From Myxococcales bacterium (GTDB taxonomy: Bacteria > Myxococcota_A > UBA9042 > JABWCM01 > BTVJ01): a stretch of 31,869 nt of DNA. Position numbers and translations under genes: made by a program. The notes beneath the pieces are model-generated. The model worked only from the letters and a program-made list of their open reading frames with translations. It was not told the origin of the DNA and did no database searches. Below, piece after piece: positions 18,339 through 29,164 of this stretch (positions are counted from its first letter, which is position 1; every line of letters starts with the position of its first letter). The stretch lies in contig BTVJ01000087.1 of the NCBI GenBank assembly GCA_045863395.1, forward strand, positions 1 through 31,869, given 5' to 3'.

Positions 18339-18824
18339 CTACCCCATTCCCTTGATGGCCTCGACGGCCCCGTGCTCCGCGAAGATGCGCATCACGTCGC
18401 GCTCCGTGTCCACACCCTCGGCCTGGGCGGTGACGAGAATACGCCCCTCCCCGAGCGACCGGGCCAGCTCCTCCATCCGGCCGTCGGTGAGGCCAGCCCC
18501 CGACAAGGCACCACCCAGTGCGCCGTACAGGCTCCCAGCGCCCGCCCCGAACAGCGCCGACGCGAGGGGGCCCGCGCCGAGCAGCCCGAAGGGGCCCCCC
18601 AGCAGCAGCCCGAGGACCGTGCCGATGGCCCCCCCGACCAGGACGCCCCGCTGCAGCGCCGGCCGGGCGTCCGTCTCCTGCAACACCGTGTCGAACTCGT
18701 CCAGCGCGTCGCGGCGCACGATGAGGCTCACCCTCTCTTTGGGGATCCCCGAGATCGTCAGGTCGTGGATGGCGGAGGCGGCTGCCTCCTCACTCTCGAA
18801 CAGCGCGAACACGATGTGCTTCAC
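18339..18824 (-). CDS. Glycine-zipper membrane protein (general stress protein/DUF1269-like)
   Basis: GGGAGG upstream; ALFESEEAA..AIHDL, GxxxG-rich hairpin, EGRILVT. Confidence 0.8.
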   Translation of the reverse strand: MKHIVFALFESEEAAASAIHDLTISGIPKERVSLIVRRDALDEFDTVLQETDARPALQRGVLVGGAIGTVLGLLLGGPFGLLGAGPLASALFGAGAGSLYGALGGALSGAGLTDGRMEELARSLGEGRILVTAQAEGVDTERDVMRIFAEHGAVEAIKGMG

Positions 18825-19001
18825 GAGCGTTCCTCCCAGTCATGCTGCCTGGCTCCCGGCGGAGGATCTTTCCTTGACCGACCCGCCGGCCTTCCGATAG
18901 TGAAATTGTAGGGTGAATCGGCGGCGCCACCACCCGGGAACCGTGAGGGCGCGCGAGCTGGTTACGGCGGAGCGTACCGGCCGAGGACTCTGGGAGGTGC
19001 G

Positions 19002-20357
19002 ATGAGCAGGCTCGGGATGTTGGCGCTGGCGGCGGTCGTGTTCGGGGGACCGGCGCGCGCCGCCTCCTTGGACTGCCTGGACGCGCCCACCCTCGAGGCG
19101 CTGATCACCTGCGTCAAGGACGGGATGCCCCGCAAGAATCAAGGCTACGTGGTGCCCACGCCAGCCGAGCAGGCGGACTGGAGCGGGGTCGCCTGGGCGA
19201 TGCTCAACGGGTCCTGCGACAACATCATCCTTCCCGCCTCGCTGGCGCGCTCCTACTCCATCGCCAAGGTGCTGGACCGGGAGGTCGGGCGCGAGTACTG
19301 CGCGCTGGTGGAGACCCGGGACGAGGATGGGGACGGCCGGGTCGACAAGGGCTGGGGGACGCTGATCACCGACCCGCGCCCCCTGCGAGAGATCATCGTT
19401 CTGGCGCCGCACCCTCTGGCCGACGCCCGGACCCACCTGCAGGGCGTCGAGGTGTTCAAGGGGGTGCGCGCCCGGGCCGTCCTGGTCGCAGGCACCCACC
19501 GGGCAGCGAGCGAGCGCGGCGGGACCGGCGCCTGCGGCACATCCAGGGCGTCGGACCCCACCCACAGCGTGGACACGATGTTCCAGCCGACCCTCAGCGA
19601 GGCCATGGAGCTCTATGGGCACCTCGGGCGCGACTACGTGGTGCTCCAGTTCCACGGCATGAAGGAGACGAGCTGCGCGGGGGTGGACGTGCACCTGTCC
19701 AACGGGTCGCCCGACTCCGTGGACGGCAAGGTGCGCGAGCTCCAACAGGCGCTCTCGGGCCTTGCGCCCCACTGGACCGTGACCACGGCGGAGGCCGCGA
19801 CCGAGTGCCCGCTGGACGGAGTGCGCAACGTCCAGGTCCGCCTGCTGGCGGGCGTGCCCTACGAGGATCTCTGCGACACGACGCCCATACCGGGGAGCCC
19901 GCGGTTCGTACACATCGAGCAGAAGAGGGACGTGCGCCGCAACGCGGAGGTGTGGGTGCGGGCCGTGAGGGGGACGTGGCCTCGGACGGGCGCGCCCGTG
20001 GCTCGGCCGGGCGTCCCCGACGGACCGACCTCGCCCGCGGTCGTAGACGCGCAGGAGCCGGCCGCGTCCGGCGCCATCGTGGAGAGCGCCCTCGCCGCGC
20101 CCGATCCGGCGACCACGGACGCCGTCAATGGAGGTCTCGGGGCGCCACCCCCTGCTGGCGAGGCGGTGAGCACCTCGGCGCAGCCAGGCGGTGTGGACGA
20201 GGGGGCTCTCACGGAGCCCGCCGCTGGCGGGGAGGCCGTCACGGACCTCCGCGACGACGTCTCGGAGCTGGTGCCCGCCACCGAGGCCACCCGAGAGCCC
20301 GCCGTCGCCCCCCCCGCTCCCGTCGGCGTCCTCGGCTCGCCTACGCCTCTGCCGTGA
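19002..20357 (+). CDS. Secreted hypothetical protein, possibly a Zn-dependent hydrolase, with a Pro/Ala/Glu-rich C-terminal tail
   Basis: GGAGG upstream; signal peptide ending PARA; motifs APHP, QFHG, FVHIEQ; stop overlaps the serA 3' end. Confidence 0.75.
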   Translation: MSRLGMLALAAVVFGGPARAASLDCLDAPTLEALITCVKDGMPRKNQGYVVPTPAEQADWSGVAWAMLNGSCDNIILPASLARSYSIAKVLDREVGREYCALVETRDEDGDGRVDKGWGTLITDPRPLREIIVLAPHPLADARTHLQGVEVFKGVRARAVLVAGTHRAASERGGTGACGTSRASDPTHSVDTMFQPTLSEAMELYGHLGRDYVVLQFHGMKETSCAGVDVHLSNGSPDSVDGKVRELQQALSGLAPHWTVTTAEAATECPLDGVRNVQVRLLAGVPYEDLCDTTPIPGSPRFVHIEQKRDVRRNAEVWVRAVRGTWPRTGAPVARPGVPDGPTSPAVVDAQEPAASGAIVESALAAPDPATTDAVNGGLGAPPPAGEAVSTSAQPGGVDEGALTEPAAGGEAVTDLRDDVSELVPATEATREPAVAPPAPVGVLGSPTPLP

Positions 20358-21678
20358 GCTCGAAGGTCCGCATCCACCGGATGGCGGTGGGGTCCCCGGT
20401 CAGGGACACGGCCTCGGAGACCAGGGCGTCACACTCCTTGGCCGACAGCGGCTGATCCAGCGCCGACAGGTCGTAGGCGATGCCGAACTTGGGGAAGTCC
20501 ACGTGGGCCGAGCGGATGTTGCTCGCGCCCGAGTTGAAGATCGCGTCGTCGACGGCCTTCTTGGTGCCGCGCTTGTCCACGTGGACCACCGCGAGCATGG
20601 CCTTCGCCAGAGACGCGTCGAAGTCGATCTCCTCCCGCGGGGCGAACACGCAGTTGCGGATCATCCCGAACTCATTGAAGAGCTGAGTCGTCCGGGCCAC
20701 GTAGCGGGCGATGCGGGGCTGCGCCTCGGCCGTCGCCGCGCCGATGTGCGGGGTCGCGAAGATGCGCGGCTCGCCCTCGTAGGGGTTGACCCAGGCCGTG
20801 GTGGCCGCGGCGCCGGGCTCCTCGGGGAAGACGTCGGTGATCGCGTAGGTCACCTGCCCCGCGCGCACGGCGTCCAGGAGGACCTGGGGGTCCACCACGA
20901 TCCCGCGGGCCAGGTTCAGGAAGATGCGCGGCCCGTCGCCCTGCTTGTCGGCGAAGGCGCGGAGGTGCTCCGGCGTGATGATGTTCCGGTTCACGCGCCC
21001 GTGGTGGTCCTCCGACGACACGTGGACCGAGACGAAGTCGGACATGCGGAACAGCTCCTCGATGGAGGGCGCCGGGGTCCAGCCCATGGCCAGCCCCACC
21101 TCGCGCGGCAGGTCCGCCGTGTCGCGGAAGCAGACCTCCATGCCCATGGCCTCGGCGAGCTGTGCGACCTGACGCCCGATCTTGCCGAGCCCGAGGATGC
21201 CGATGCGCTTGCCCTTGACCTCGAAGCGGTGCCGGCTGTCCTTGCTCCACTCGGAGTGGGCCATCTGCGTCACCGACTCGAACAGGCGTCGCGACAGGCA
21301 GATGATCTCGCCGATGACCATCTCGGCCACCGAGCGGCCGTTGGACACCGGGTCGTTCATCACGAGCACCCCGTGGTCGGCACAGGCCTGCTTGTCCACC
21401 GAGTCGTGCCCGATGCAGCACAGCATGATGGCGGCGAGCGAGGGGCTCGCCCGGATCACGCGCTCGGTCACCATCACCTTGCTGCGCTTGAACAGCAGGT
21501 TGTAGCGGCCCTCGGAGAGCAGGCGGACGAGGGTGTCCTCGTCCGGCGCGTCGGGGATGCGCGTCGGCTTGATGTTCATCTTCAGGAGCAGCTCGTCGAG
21601 CAGCGGGTCCGGGTTCTCGATGATCAGGGCCTCGCGCAACGGTCCGGACCAGCGGCGGGGCAGCTTCGGTGTGTCCAT
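20341..21678 (-). CDS. serA: D-3-phosphoglycerate dehydrogenase (D-2-hydroxyacid dehydrogenase family, C-terminal ACT-like domain)
   Basis: GAGGAGG upstream; CIGHDSVD, NGRSVAE, GILGLGKIG, NLARG, DVFPEEP, TPHIGAAT. Confidence 0.8.
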   Translation of the reverse strand: MDTPKLPRRWSGPLREALIIENPDPLLDELLLKMNIKPTRIPDAPDEDTLVRLLSEGRYNLLFKRSKVMVTERVIRASPSLAAIMLCCIGHDSVDKQACADHGVLVMNDPVSNGRSVAEMVIGEIICLSRRLFESVTQMAHSEWSKDSRHRFEVKGKRIGILGLGKIGRQVAQLAEAMGMEVCFRDTADLPREVGLAMGWTPAPSIEELFRMSDFVSVHVSSEDHHGRVNRNIITPEHLRAFADKQGDGPRIFLNLARGIVVDPQVLLDAVRAGQVTYAITDVFPEEPGAAATTAWVNPYEGEPRIFATPHIGAATAEAQPRIARYVARTTQLFNEFGMIRNCVFAPREEIDFDASLAKAMLAVVHVDKRGTKKAVDDAIFNSGASNIRSAHVDFPKFGIAYDLSALDQPLSAKECDALVSEAVSLTGDPTAIRWMRTFELTAEA

Positions 21679-21736
21679 GGGCGTCCTCCTCGATGAAGGC
21701 CGCCTTATAGCCAATCCGAGGTGGGGATGAAAGCGG

Positions 21737-23644
21737 TCAGGCGCGGCGGCGGACCAGGAGCAGGGCGAGCAGCATGAGCGGAGCCCAGAGCGGGGCACTG
21801 CGAGGGCCGTGAGAGCAGCCGCCGCTCACCGCGCCCCCTGTCGTCCACGGGGCGACGTCCTCGCCGCCGGCGCTGCCGCCGGGGCTCCAGCACTGGCCGA
21901 GGATGGGGTTCCAGGAGGTCCCGGCGGGGCACTCGTCCTGCCCCCCTGGGCCCACGGGGATGGTGCCGTCGGGGATGCACTGGCCGCTCGGCAGGTCGCA
22001 CTGGTTGCCGGGGCCGCAGGTGCCGCAGGACTCACCGCAGCCGTCGCTGCCGCATGAGCGCCCCTCGCAGGAGCAGCCCGGGTCGGCGACGCAGGAGCCA
22101 GCGACGCAGGAGCCCACGGAGCACTCCCCGCAGGTGCCGCCGCAGCCGTCGTCGCCGCACAGCTTGCCGTCGCAGACGGGCTCGCAGGCAGCCCCGGGGA
22201 CGCAGGCGCCCTCGACACACCCCTCGCCATCGCCGCAGGTGCCACACGACCCGCCGCAGCCGTCGTCGCCGCACGCGACGCCGGCGCACTGGGGCACGCA
22301 GCCCGACGTGCAGGTCCCCGCGGCGCAGGCGCTGCCTCGTGCGCAGCTCCCGCAGGACCCACCGCACCCGTCGTCGCCGCACTCCTTGCCCGCGCAGCTC
22401 GGAACGCAGGCCGCGCCGGCGCAGACGCCGGCCGTGCAGGTCTCGCCCGACAGGCACGTGCCGCAGGAGCCGCCGCACCCGTCGTCTCCGCACTCCTTGC
22501 CCGCGCAGCTCGCGGTGCAGCCGCTGGTGCAGGCCCCGGCCTTGCAGCTCTCGCCGGGCGGGCACGACCCGCAGGAGCCGCCGCACCCGTCGTCACCACA
22601 GGCTTTTCCGGCGCAGCTCGGGGCGCACGTGGAGGTGCACGCGCCGTCGATGCACTTCTTGCCCCCGCTGCAGGTGCCGCAGGAGCCGCCGCACCCGTCG
22701 TCGCCGCACGCCTTGCCTGCGCAGTTGGGGGTGCAGGTCGCCACGCAGTGCCCGCTGGAGCAGCTCTTGCCCGCGCCGCAGGTGCCGCAGGAGCCGCCGC
22801 ACCCGTCGTCGCCGCACTCCTTGGCGGCGCAGCTCGGCGTACACACCGCGACGCACTTGCCGCCGGTGCAGCTCTGCCCGGCGCCGCAGGTGCCACACGA
22901 GCCGCCGCACCCGTCGTCTCCGCAGGTCTTGCCCGCGCAGCTCGGCGTGCATACGGAGACGCACTTGTTGCTGGCGTTGCAGATCTGGGTGCCCGGGCAC
23001 GTGCCGCACATGCCTCCGCAGCCGTCCTTGCCGCACTCCTTGCCGGCGCAGTCCGGGAAGCACGAGCAGGTGCCGGCGTTGCAGGTCTGCGGGGGGACGC
23101 ACGAGCCACAGGAGCCGCCGCACCCGTTGTCGCCGCAGTTCTTGCCCGCGCAGCTCGGGACGCACTGGTTGCAGGAGTAGGGGTTGTTGCCGCTCGGGTC
23201 GGCCGTGGCCTGGGCCGAGCAGTCGTAGTAGTGGGTCGCCTGCTTCCACCCGCACTTGTTGGACGGGCCCGGGCACACGAAGCCGGTGCAGCTCCCGCAG
23301 CCGAAGCTCGTGACCTCGTTGACGCAGAGGCTGTCCCACGCCGTGTTGCAGCAGTAGGAGTCCTGGGCACACACGCAGGACGCGATGTCCAGGTCGCAGC
23401 AGTAGGTGTTGGACGACGCCGTGCAGCACGAGTGGGCCGGCGGGTTCGGGTTCCCCGCGCACTGGATCTCGCAGAGCGCCGTGCCCTCGCACCAGTTGAC
23501 GGCGGAGGTGTCCGTGCAGCAGCCCTCGTAGCCGAGCCAGCCCGGGCACGAGCCGATCTGGTTGCCGGCGGAGCACTGGGCGCGGGCGTCGGCGGTGGCG
23601 AGCAAGAGGGCCAGGGGGAGGAGCGCGAGGGGGAGTCGGTTCAT
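21737..23644 (-). CDS. Cell-surface Cys-rich repeat protein with a MYXO-CTERM-type sorting signal
   Basis: Signal peptide ending ADARA; 11 [22 protein letters not shown] repeats; tail GGCSHG...[11 protein letters not shown]. Confidence 0.88.
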   Translation of the reverse strand: MNRLPLALLPLALLLATADARAQCSAGNQIGSCPGWLGYEGCCTDTSAVNWCEGTALCEIQCAGNPNPPAHSCCTASSNTYCCDLDIASCVCAQDSYCCNTAWDSLCVNEVTSFGCGSCTGFVCPGPSNKCGWKQATHYYDCSAQATADPSGNNPYSCNQCVPSCAGKNCGDNGCGGSCGSCVPPQTCNAGTCSCFPDCAGKECGKDGCGGMCGTCPGTQICNASNKCVSVCTPSCAGKTCGDDGCGGSCGTCGAGQSCTGGKCVAVCTPSCAAKECGDDGCGGSCGTCGAGKSCSSGHCVATCTPNCAGKACGDDGCGGSCGTCSGGKKCIDGACTSTCAPSCAGKACGDDGCGGSCGSCPPGESCKAGACTSGCTASCAGKECGDDGCGGSCGTCLSGETCTAGVCAGAACVPSCAGKECGDDGCGGSCGSCARGSACAAGTCTSGCVPQCAGVACGDDGCGGSCGTCGDGEGCVEGACVPGAACEPVCDGKLCGDDGCGGTCGECSVGSCVAGSCVADPGCSCEGRSCGSDGCGESCGTCGPGNQCDLPSGQCIPDGTIPVGPGGQDECPAGTSWNPILGQCWSPGGSAGGEDVAPWTTGGAVSGGCSHGPRSAPLWAPLMLLALLLVRRRA

Positions 23645-23790
23645 GGGTGTCCTCGTCAGGCGTGGCCGGCACAGGATACACGAGCGGACCGGCAGATCGA
23701 ACAGGGTCTTTGCCCCCGGGTGGGTGGGGAACGCAACCCAGGATGGTCCGCGATTGGATCGGGGCCTGGCCCGGTGGTACACACTCCCCC

Positions 23791-25920
23791 ATGGAACCGC
23801 ATGAACTGGCAGTGTCCTACGCCATCCCCACCGCGCCGGACCTGTTCGCGCGTGCCCCGGCCCGCGTGAAGGCGGCGCCCTTCCTGCCGACCACGCGGGC
23901 CGAGCTGGAGGCGCTCGGCTGGGACGCCTGCGACGTGATCGTCGTGACCGGCGACGCTTACGTGGACGCGCCGAGCTTCGGCATGGCGCTCGTCGGGCGG
24001 CTGCTGGAGGCGCACGGGTTCCGCGTCGGCATCCTGCCGCAGCCGGACTGGCACAGCGCGGAGCCGTTCCGAGAGCTGGGCCGCCCTCGCCTCTGGTGGG
24101 GGGTCACCGGCGGCAACATGGACTCCATGGTCAACCGCTACACGGCGGACAAGCGGGTCCGCAGCGACGACGCCTACTCCCCGGACGGGCGCGCCGGGAC
24201 GCGGCCGGACCGCTGCGTCGTGGTCTACGCCCAGCGCTGCCGGGAGGCGTACCGGGACGTGCCCGTCGTGGTCGGCGGCATCGAGGCGAGCCTGCGCCGG
24301 GTGGCCCACCTGGACTACTGGTCGGAGAAGGTGCGCCGCAGCGTGCTCGTGGACGCCAAGGCCGACCTCCTGGTCTACGGCAACGCGGAGCGGGCCGTGG
24401 TGGAGCTGACCCACCGGCTGGCGGCGGGGGAGCCGATTGGAGAGATCACCGACCTGCGGGGGACGGCGCACCTGCGAAAGGGGGTGCCCGAGGGGTTCAT
24501 CGAGGTGGACGCGACGCGCATCGACGATGGCTTGGTTCAGCCCCGGCTCCGCCCGTCCGACCGGGATCGCACCGTCCTGCGCATGCCGTCCTACGATGCG
24601 GTCGCCGAGGACCGGGTGCTCTACGCCCACGCCTCGCGGGTGCTGCACCTGGAGGCCAACCCGGGCAACGCGCGGGCGCTGGTGCAGGCCCACGGGGACC
24701 GGGACGTGTGGCTGAACCCGCCGCCGGTGCCCTTGTCGACGGCCGAGATGGACCGGGTCTACGAGCTCCCGTACCGGCGCGTGCCCCACCCGCGGTATGG
24801 GGGGGCGAAGATCCCCGCCTACGAGATGATCCGCACGTCGATCACCATCCAGCGGGGCTGCTTCGGCGGGTGCACCTTCTGCAGCATCACGGAGCACGAG
24901 GGGCGCATCATCCAGTCGCGGTCGGAGGGCTCCGTCCTGCGCGAGATCGAGCAGGTGCGCGACCAGGTGCCGGGCTTCACCGGGGTGATCAGCGACCTCG
25001 GGGGGCCGACCGCCAACATGTGGCGCCTCGCGTGCAAGAGCCGGGACATCGAGGCTGCGTGCCGGCGCCCGTCCTGCGTGTATCCCCAGGTGTGCGAGAA
25101 CATGAGCACCGACCACTCGGCGCTCGTCGCGCTCTACCGCAAGGCCCGGGCCGTGCGCGGGGTGAAGAAGGTGCTGATCGCGTCAGGCGTGCGCTACGAC
25201 CTGGCCGTGGAGGACCCGGCCTACGTGAAGGAGCTGGTCACCCACCACGTGGGGGGGCGCCTCAAGATCGCGCCGGAGCACCTCTCCGAGGGCCCGCTCT
25301 CCAAGATGCTCAAGCCGGGCATGGGGGCCTATGACCGCTTCAAGGAGCTGTTCGAGCGCTTCTCGAAGGAGGCCGGCAAGAAGCAGTTCCTGATCCCGTA
25401 CTTCATCGCCGCCCACCCGGGCACCCGCGACGAGGACATGCTGGAGCTGGCGATCTGGCTGAAGCGCAACGGCTTCCAGGCAGACCAGGTCCAGACCTTC
25501 CTGCCGAGCCCCATGGCGACGGCGACCGCCATGTGGCACTCGGAGAAGAACCCGCTGCGGAAGGTGACGCGCACGAGCGAGGCCGTGGTGGTGCCGCGTG
25601 GAGCGCGGCAGCGGAGGCTCCACAAGGCCTTCCTGCGCTGGCACGACCCCGCGAACTGGCCGCTGCTCCGCGAGGCCCTCAAGCGCATGGGCCGCACGGA
25701 CCTCATCGGGGCGGGGCCGGACCACCTGATCCCGTGGACCCAGGACGCGACGCCGGCGCCGAGGGGCCAGCGGTTCATGACGCAGCACACGGGGCTCGCG
25801 AACGCGGCGGCGCCGCGGAGCGGGAGGGCCGCTCCTGGGGCGCCGGAGCCGGGTCGCGCCCGCGCTTCCAGGAGGCCCGGCGGCCAAGGCGCACCCGCGG
25901 GTCGCCCCAGGAAGCGCTGA
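23791..25920 (+). CDS. ygiQ: YgiQ (UPF0313) family radical SAM protein
   Basis: [52 protein letters not shown]. Start uncertain (23791 or 23812). Confidence 0.92.
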   Translation: MEPHELAVSYAIPTAPDLFARAPARVKAAPFLPTTRAELEALGWDACDVIVVTGDAYVDAPSFGMALVGRLLEAHGFRVGILPQPDWHSAEPFRELGRPRLWWGVTGGNMDSMVNRYTADKRVRSDDAYSPDGRAGTRPDRCVVVYAQRCREAYRDVPVVVGGIEASLRRVAHLDYWSEKVRRSVLVDAKADLLVYGNAERAVVELTHRLAAGEPIGEITDLRGTAHLRKGVPEGFIEVDATRIDDGLVQPRLRPSDRDRTVLRMPSYDAVAEDRVLYAHASRVLHLEANPGNARALVQAHGDRDVWLNPPPVPLSTAEMDRVYELPYRRVPHPRYGGAKIPAYEMIRTSITIQRGCFGGCTFCSITEHEGRIIQSRSEGSVLREIEQVRDQVPGFTGVISDLGGPTANMWRLACKSRDIEAACRRPSCVYPQVCENMSTDHSALVALYRKARAVRGVKKVLIASGVRYDLAVEDPAYVKELVTHHVGGRLKIAPEHLSEGPLSKMLKPGMGAYDRFKELFERFSKEAGKKQFLIPYFIAAHPGTRDEDMLELAIWLKRNGFQADQVQTFLPSPMATATAMWHSEKNPLRKVTRTSEAVVVPRGARQRRLHKAFLRWHDPANWPLLREALKRMGRTDLIGAGPDHLIPWTQDATPAPRGQRFMTQHTGLANAAAPRSGRAAPGAPEPGRARASRRPGGQGAPAGRPRKR

Positions 25921-25967
25921 GCCTCAGAGCAGGGAGCCCACGCGCCGGGCACGTGCGCGCCCGTCAG

Positions 25968-25996
25968 TTGCGGGCCCGCGGGCGCCGGGATACCGT
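25968..25996 (+). promoter_or_regulatory. Putative sigma70 promoter giving a leaderless transcript
   Basis: TTGCGG, 17 nt spacer, TACCGT, then 7 nt to ATG 26004; no SD sequence. Confidence 0.5.
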
Positions 25997-26003
25997 GGCC
26001 TCC

Positions 26004-27566
26004 ATGAAGTACTTCAACACCGCCGGGCCGTGCATCGAGGGCATGCACTACATGCTGCCGCCGCTCTCGCGCATCCCCGAGGCGCGGGGCCTCGTCGAGC
26101 GCGGCTCGTACTTCGTGGTCCACGCGCCGCGCCAGTCGGGAAAGACCACCGCGCTGCGGGCGCTGGCGCAGGCGCTCACCGAGGACGGGCGGCACGCGGC
26201 GCTGGCCTTCTCGTGCGAGACGTCCGCCGCCACCGGCGACGACTACGCAGCGGCGCAGCGGGCGATCCTCGACGAGCTGCGGCTGGCCGCCCAGGTGGAC
26301 CTGCCTGCGGAGCTCCAGCCCCCTGCCGTGTGGCCGGCCACCGGTCCCGAATCGCAGATCCGCGCGGCGCTGGCGGCGTGGGCGATGGCGTGCCCGCGGC
26401 CACTGGTGCTGCTGCTCGACGAGATCGACGCGGTGCGAGGGGAGAGCCTCCGCTCGGTGCTGAGCCAGCTCCGCGCCGGCTTCCAGTACCGGGGCCGGGG
26501 GTTCCCGTGGTCGGTCGTCCTGTGCGGCCTGCGCGACGTGCGGGACTATCGCATCGCCTCGGGGGCCGACCCAGACCGCGCCGGGTCCTCGAGCCCGTTC
26601 AACGTGAAGACGAAGTCGCTGCGCCTCGGCGCGTTCAATCAGGAGGAGATCGCGGCGCTCCTCGGCCAGCACACGGCCGCAACGGGCCAGCCCTTCGCCG
26701 ATGGGGCGGTCGCCCGGGCCCTGGAGCTCACGGGCGGGCAGCCATGGCTGGTCAACGCCCTGGCGCGGGAGATCATCGAGGAGATCGGCGTGCCACCAAC
26801 GGAGGCGATCACCGCCGCCCACTGTGAGACGGCCAAGGAGCGGCTCATCCTCGCACGGCAGACCCACCTCGACTCGCTCGTCGCGAGGCTCCAGGAGCCC
26901 CGGGTCCGGCGGGTGGTCGCGCCACTGTTGGCCGGAGACGCCGTCGGCGGCGACGCCTACGACGACGACGTCTCGTTCGTGCGAGACCTGGGCCTCGTGG
27001 TGGACAAGCCCCTGCGCATCGCCAACCCCATCTACCGCGAGGTCATCGTCCGGGTGCTCGCCGGAGCGGCCGAGGCCAACATCCAGCTCCCCGGGCGCCA
27101 GTGGGTCGACGGCGCGGGGCGCCTCGACCTGCGCGCGCTCCTCGACGCCTTCGCCGCCTGGTGGCGCGAGCAGGGCTCCGCCATCGCCCCGAAGATGCCG
27201 TACCACGAGGTGGCGGCGCAGCTCATCTTGTCGGCCTGGCTCCAGCGCGTCGTCAACGGCGGCGGGTTCGTGGATCGGGAGTACGGTGTCGGCATGCGGC
27301 GCATCGACGTCCTCGTCCGCTGGCCCCTCCCGCCCGGGGGCTGGCAGCGGGAGGCCCTGGAGCTGAAGATGCGCCGGGACGGGGAGGCCGACCCGACGGC
27401 CGAGGGGCTCCGGCAGATCGACGCGACCCTCGCCTCGCTGGGCCTCGACCACGGCTGGCTCGTGGTCTTCGACCGTCGGACCGACGCCCCCCCGGTCGAC
27501 GACCGCACCCGCTTCGACGAGGCCGTCACGACCGGGGGACGTGGCGTCTCGGTGCTCCACGCCTGA
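26004..27566 (+). CDS. AAA-like ATPase with a C-terminal PD-(D/E)XK nuclease-like domain
   Basis: [10 protein letters not shown] start; Walker [10 protein letters not shown]; Walker [23 protein letters not shown]-terminal REY..GMRRID...ELK. Confidence 0.88.
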   Translation: MKYFNTAGPCIEGMHYMLPPLSRIPEARGLVERGSYFVVHAPRQSGKTTALRALAQALTEDGRHAALAFSCETSAATGDDYAAAQRAILDELRLAAQVDLPAELQPPAVWPATGPESQIRAALAAWAMACPRPLVLLLDEIDAVRGESLRSVLSQLRAGFQYRGRGFPWSVVLCGLRDVRDYRIASGADPDRAGSSSPFNVKTKSLRLGAFNQEEIAALLGQHTAATGQPFADGAVARALELTGGQPWLVNALAREIIEEIGVPPTEAITAAHCETAKERLILARQTHLDSLVARLQEPRVRRVVAPLLAGDAVGGDAYDDDVSFVRDLGLVVDKPLRIANPIYREVIVRVLAGAAEANIQLPGRQWVDGAGRLDLRALLDAFAAWWREQGSAIAPKMPYHEVAAQLILSAWLQRVVNGGGFVDREYGVGMRRIDVLVRWPLPPGGWQREALELKMRRDGEADPTAEGLRQIDATLASLGLDHGWLVVFDRRTDAPPVDDRTRFDEAVTTGGRGVSVLHA

Positions 27567-28331
27567 CCGGTGCTCGGGGGTCACGTCTCAGGGGGCAAGC
27601 CGGGTGGCTTCGCACCCAAAGTGACCGCCCCCTCGGATCGGCGCACCAGACTTCGCCCCCCTGGCCCGCCGTGACCGTATTCTTGCGCAGGCTCTTGCTC
27701 TCTGCCGTGGTCCCGGGCCGTGCCAGCCACGGCAGAGGAGGACCCATGGGCACAGTCAGGCGCCAGAAGCGGGAGGTGTTCGCGGTGAGCGTCGCTTCGT
27801 CGTGAAACGGCGCGGTCACGGGCACGGGATCGGCGGCGTCGCCCAGCAGAGCGGCCGTCATTTGCCGGGCGGCCTGCGGCCGGTCAGGGTCCGCCCCCCC
27901 AGACCTGCGGCTCCGATCCCCCCGCGTCAGTCCCGAGCCCTCGCTCCAGCGGCCACTCGCACCTCCCCCAGCCACCCGGAGCGCCGTCACCTCCCGTCTC
28001 CACCCCACCCCGGGCACCGCAGCACCCCGCTTGTTGTTCCCAGGCGCGATGCGGCTGCCGCGTCCTCATCGGGCACCTCCGACTGCCGTGCCGGAGGGGA
28101 CGTCATTCCGCTCGCGCTGATGGAGATTGTCGTCGGCGAGGGTGCGCCCGTATGCGAATCCGTCGTCGGGGGCCGCTGTCCCACGCTCGGGCCCGCGCCC
28201 TGCGACGTGATCGTCTGCCCGCCGAAGGCGCTGGGGCACTGCGAGGACATCGCGCCGCTCGCCGCCCAGGCGCAGGCGGAGTGCGAGCAAGCCGCGGACC
28301 GCGGACGGGGCGACTCGCTCGGGGCCGCGGG

Positions 28332-28934
28332 TCAGGGCGACTCGGTCGGGGGCTCCACGTCGTCGTCGTAGTCCCACCAACGCCCGAGGTCGAGGGGGAC
28401 CGCGTCAAAGGGCTCGGCCCGGACGGTGCCCGCGCCGCTGTGGACGTCCACCACCAGATAGTGCTCGCCCGAGAGGCGCAGGATCTCCACCTCGAGCTCC
28501 AGCGGGTCCACGCGCCAGAGGTGCGAGACACCCAGGGAGGCGTAGATGCGGGTCTTCCGGAGCCGGTCCGTGCGCTTGCTCGTCGGCGAATAGATCTCGC
28601 ACACCCAGTCGGGCACCACCTCGATGGCCGCGGCGTCCGGGAGCCGCGGGAGCCGCTCGCGGCGCCAGCCGGCGAGGTCCGGGACGATGACGTGGCCGCC
28701 GAGGTGAAGCTCCGGCTCGTCGAGAATGCGCCAGCCGCCTGGTCCGCCAGCACCGCCTTGGCGTCGGTGGAATGGTCCACACAGGTCGGCGCCGATCAGC
28801 GTGCCCACCGCCGCGTGCTTCGGCGCCGGGCGCGGGCTCACGACGAGCTCCCCGTCCAGAATCTCCGCGATCTGGTGGTCCGGCACTCGGATGACATCGT
28901 CGTAGGTTGCTTTGCGTCTCGCCGACCGGGCCAT
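28332..28934 (-). CDS. Uma2 family endonuclease (PD-(D/E)XK)
   Basis: GGAGG before ATG 28934; AEILDGELVVSPRP, EPELHL, VPDLAGWR, PDWVCEIYSP, HLWRVDP. Confidence 0.9.
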   Translation of the reverse strand: MARSARRKATYDDVIRVPDHQIAEILDGELVVSPRPAPKHAAVGTLIGADLCGPFHRRQGGAGGPGGWRILDEPELHLGGHVIVPDLAGWRRERLPRLPDAAAIEVVPDWVCEIYSPTSKRTDRLRKTRIYASLGVSHLWRVDPLELEVEILRLSGEHYLVVDVHSGAGTVRAEPFDAVPLDLGRWWDYDDDVEPPTESP

Positions 28935-29164
28935 GGTGCACCTCCGAGCAACCAGGATAGTCGACGCGCCGCGCCGCGTCACCCATGGTCTGGGCGGGCC
29001 CCTGCTCCCCGCCGCGTGCCGGAGGGGCCGCGCGACGAGAGCGTCGTCGTGTGGTCGTGCCGGATCCTGCGTCGGCATCCGGGAGTCCTCCCGGGTCACG
29101 GATCCACGGCCACCTGGTCGGCCACACCCTCGACTGAAGGCCCGCGCCCCGACAAGATGGCGCC

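Noticed and set aside
22000..23180. Regularly spaced DNA repeats (gcaggagccgccgcacccgtcgtc) resembling a CRISPR array
   Set aside because: They encode the [11 protein letters not shown] protein repeat with synonymous variation; the intervening sequences are homologous and no cas genes are present.
27578..27628. Resemblance to a c-di-GMP-I riboswitch start (GGTCACG...GGCAAGCC...CAAAG)
   Set aside because: It lacks the GAAA tetraloop stem, the GGGACGCAAAG core and the second hairpin.
27960..28015. G-rich tract on the minus strand as a G-quadruplex
   Set aside because: Loops are irregular, and such runs are expected at this GC content.
28120..28371. Cys-containing 83 aa ORF (MEIVVGEGAPVCES...)
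   Set aside because: Codon pattern looks coding, but there is no well-placed SD, no recognisable family, and it overlaps the Uma2 3' end by 40 nt. Possibly another gene remnant; too weak to call.
26004..28934. AAA+PD-(D/E)XK and Uma2 as one defence system
   Set aside because: The genes are convergent and about 770 nt apart, and both families commonly occur as scattered paralogues; no operon evidence.
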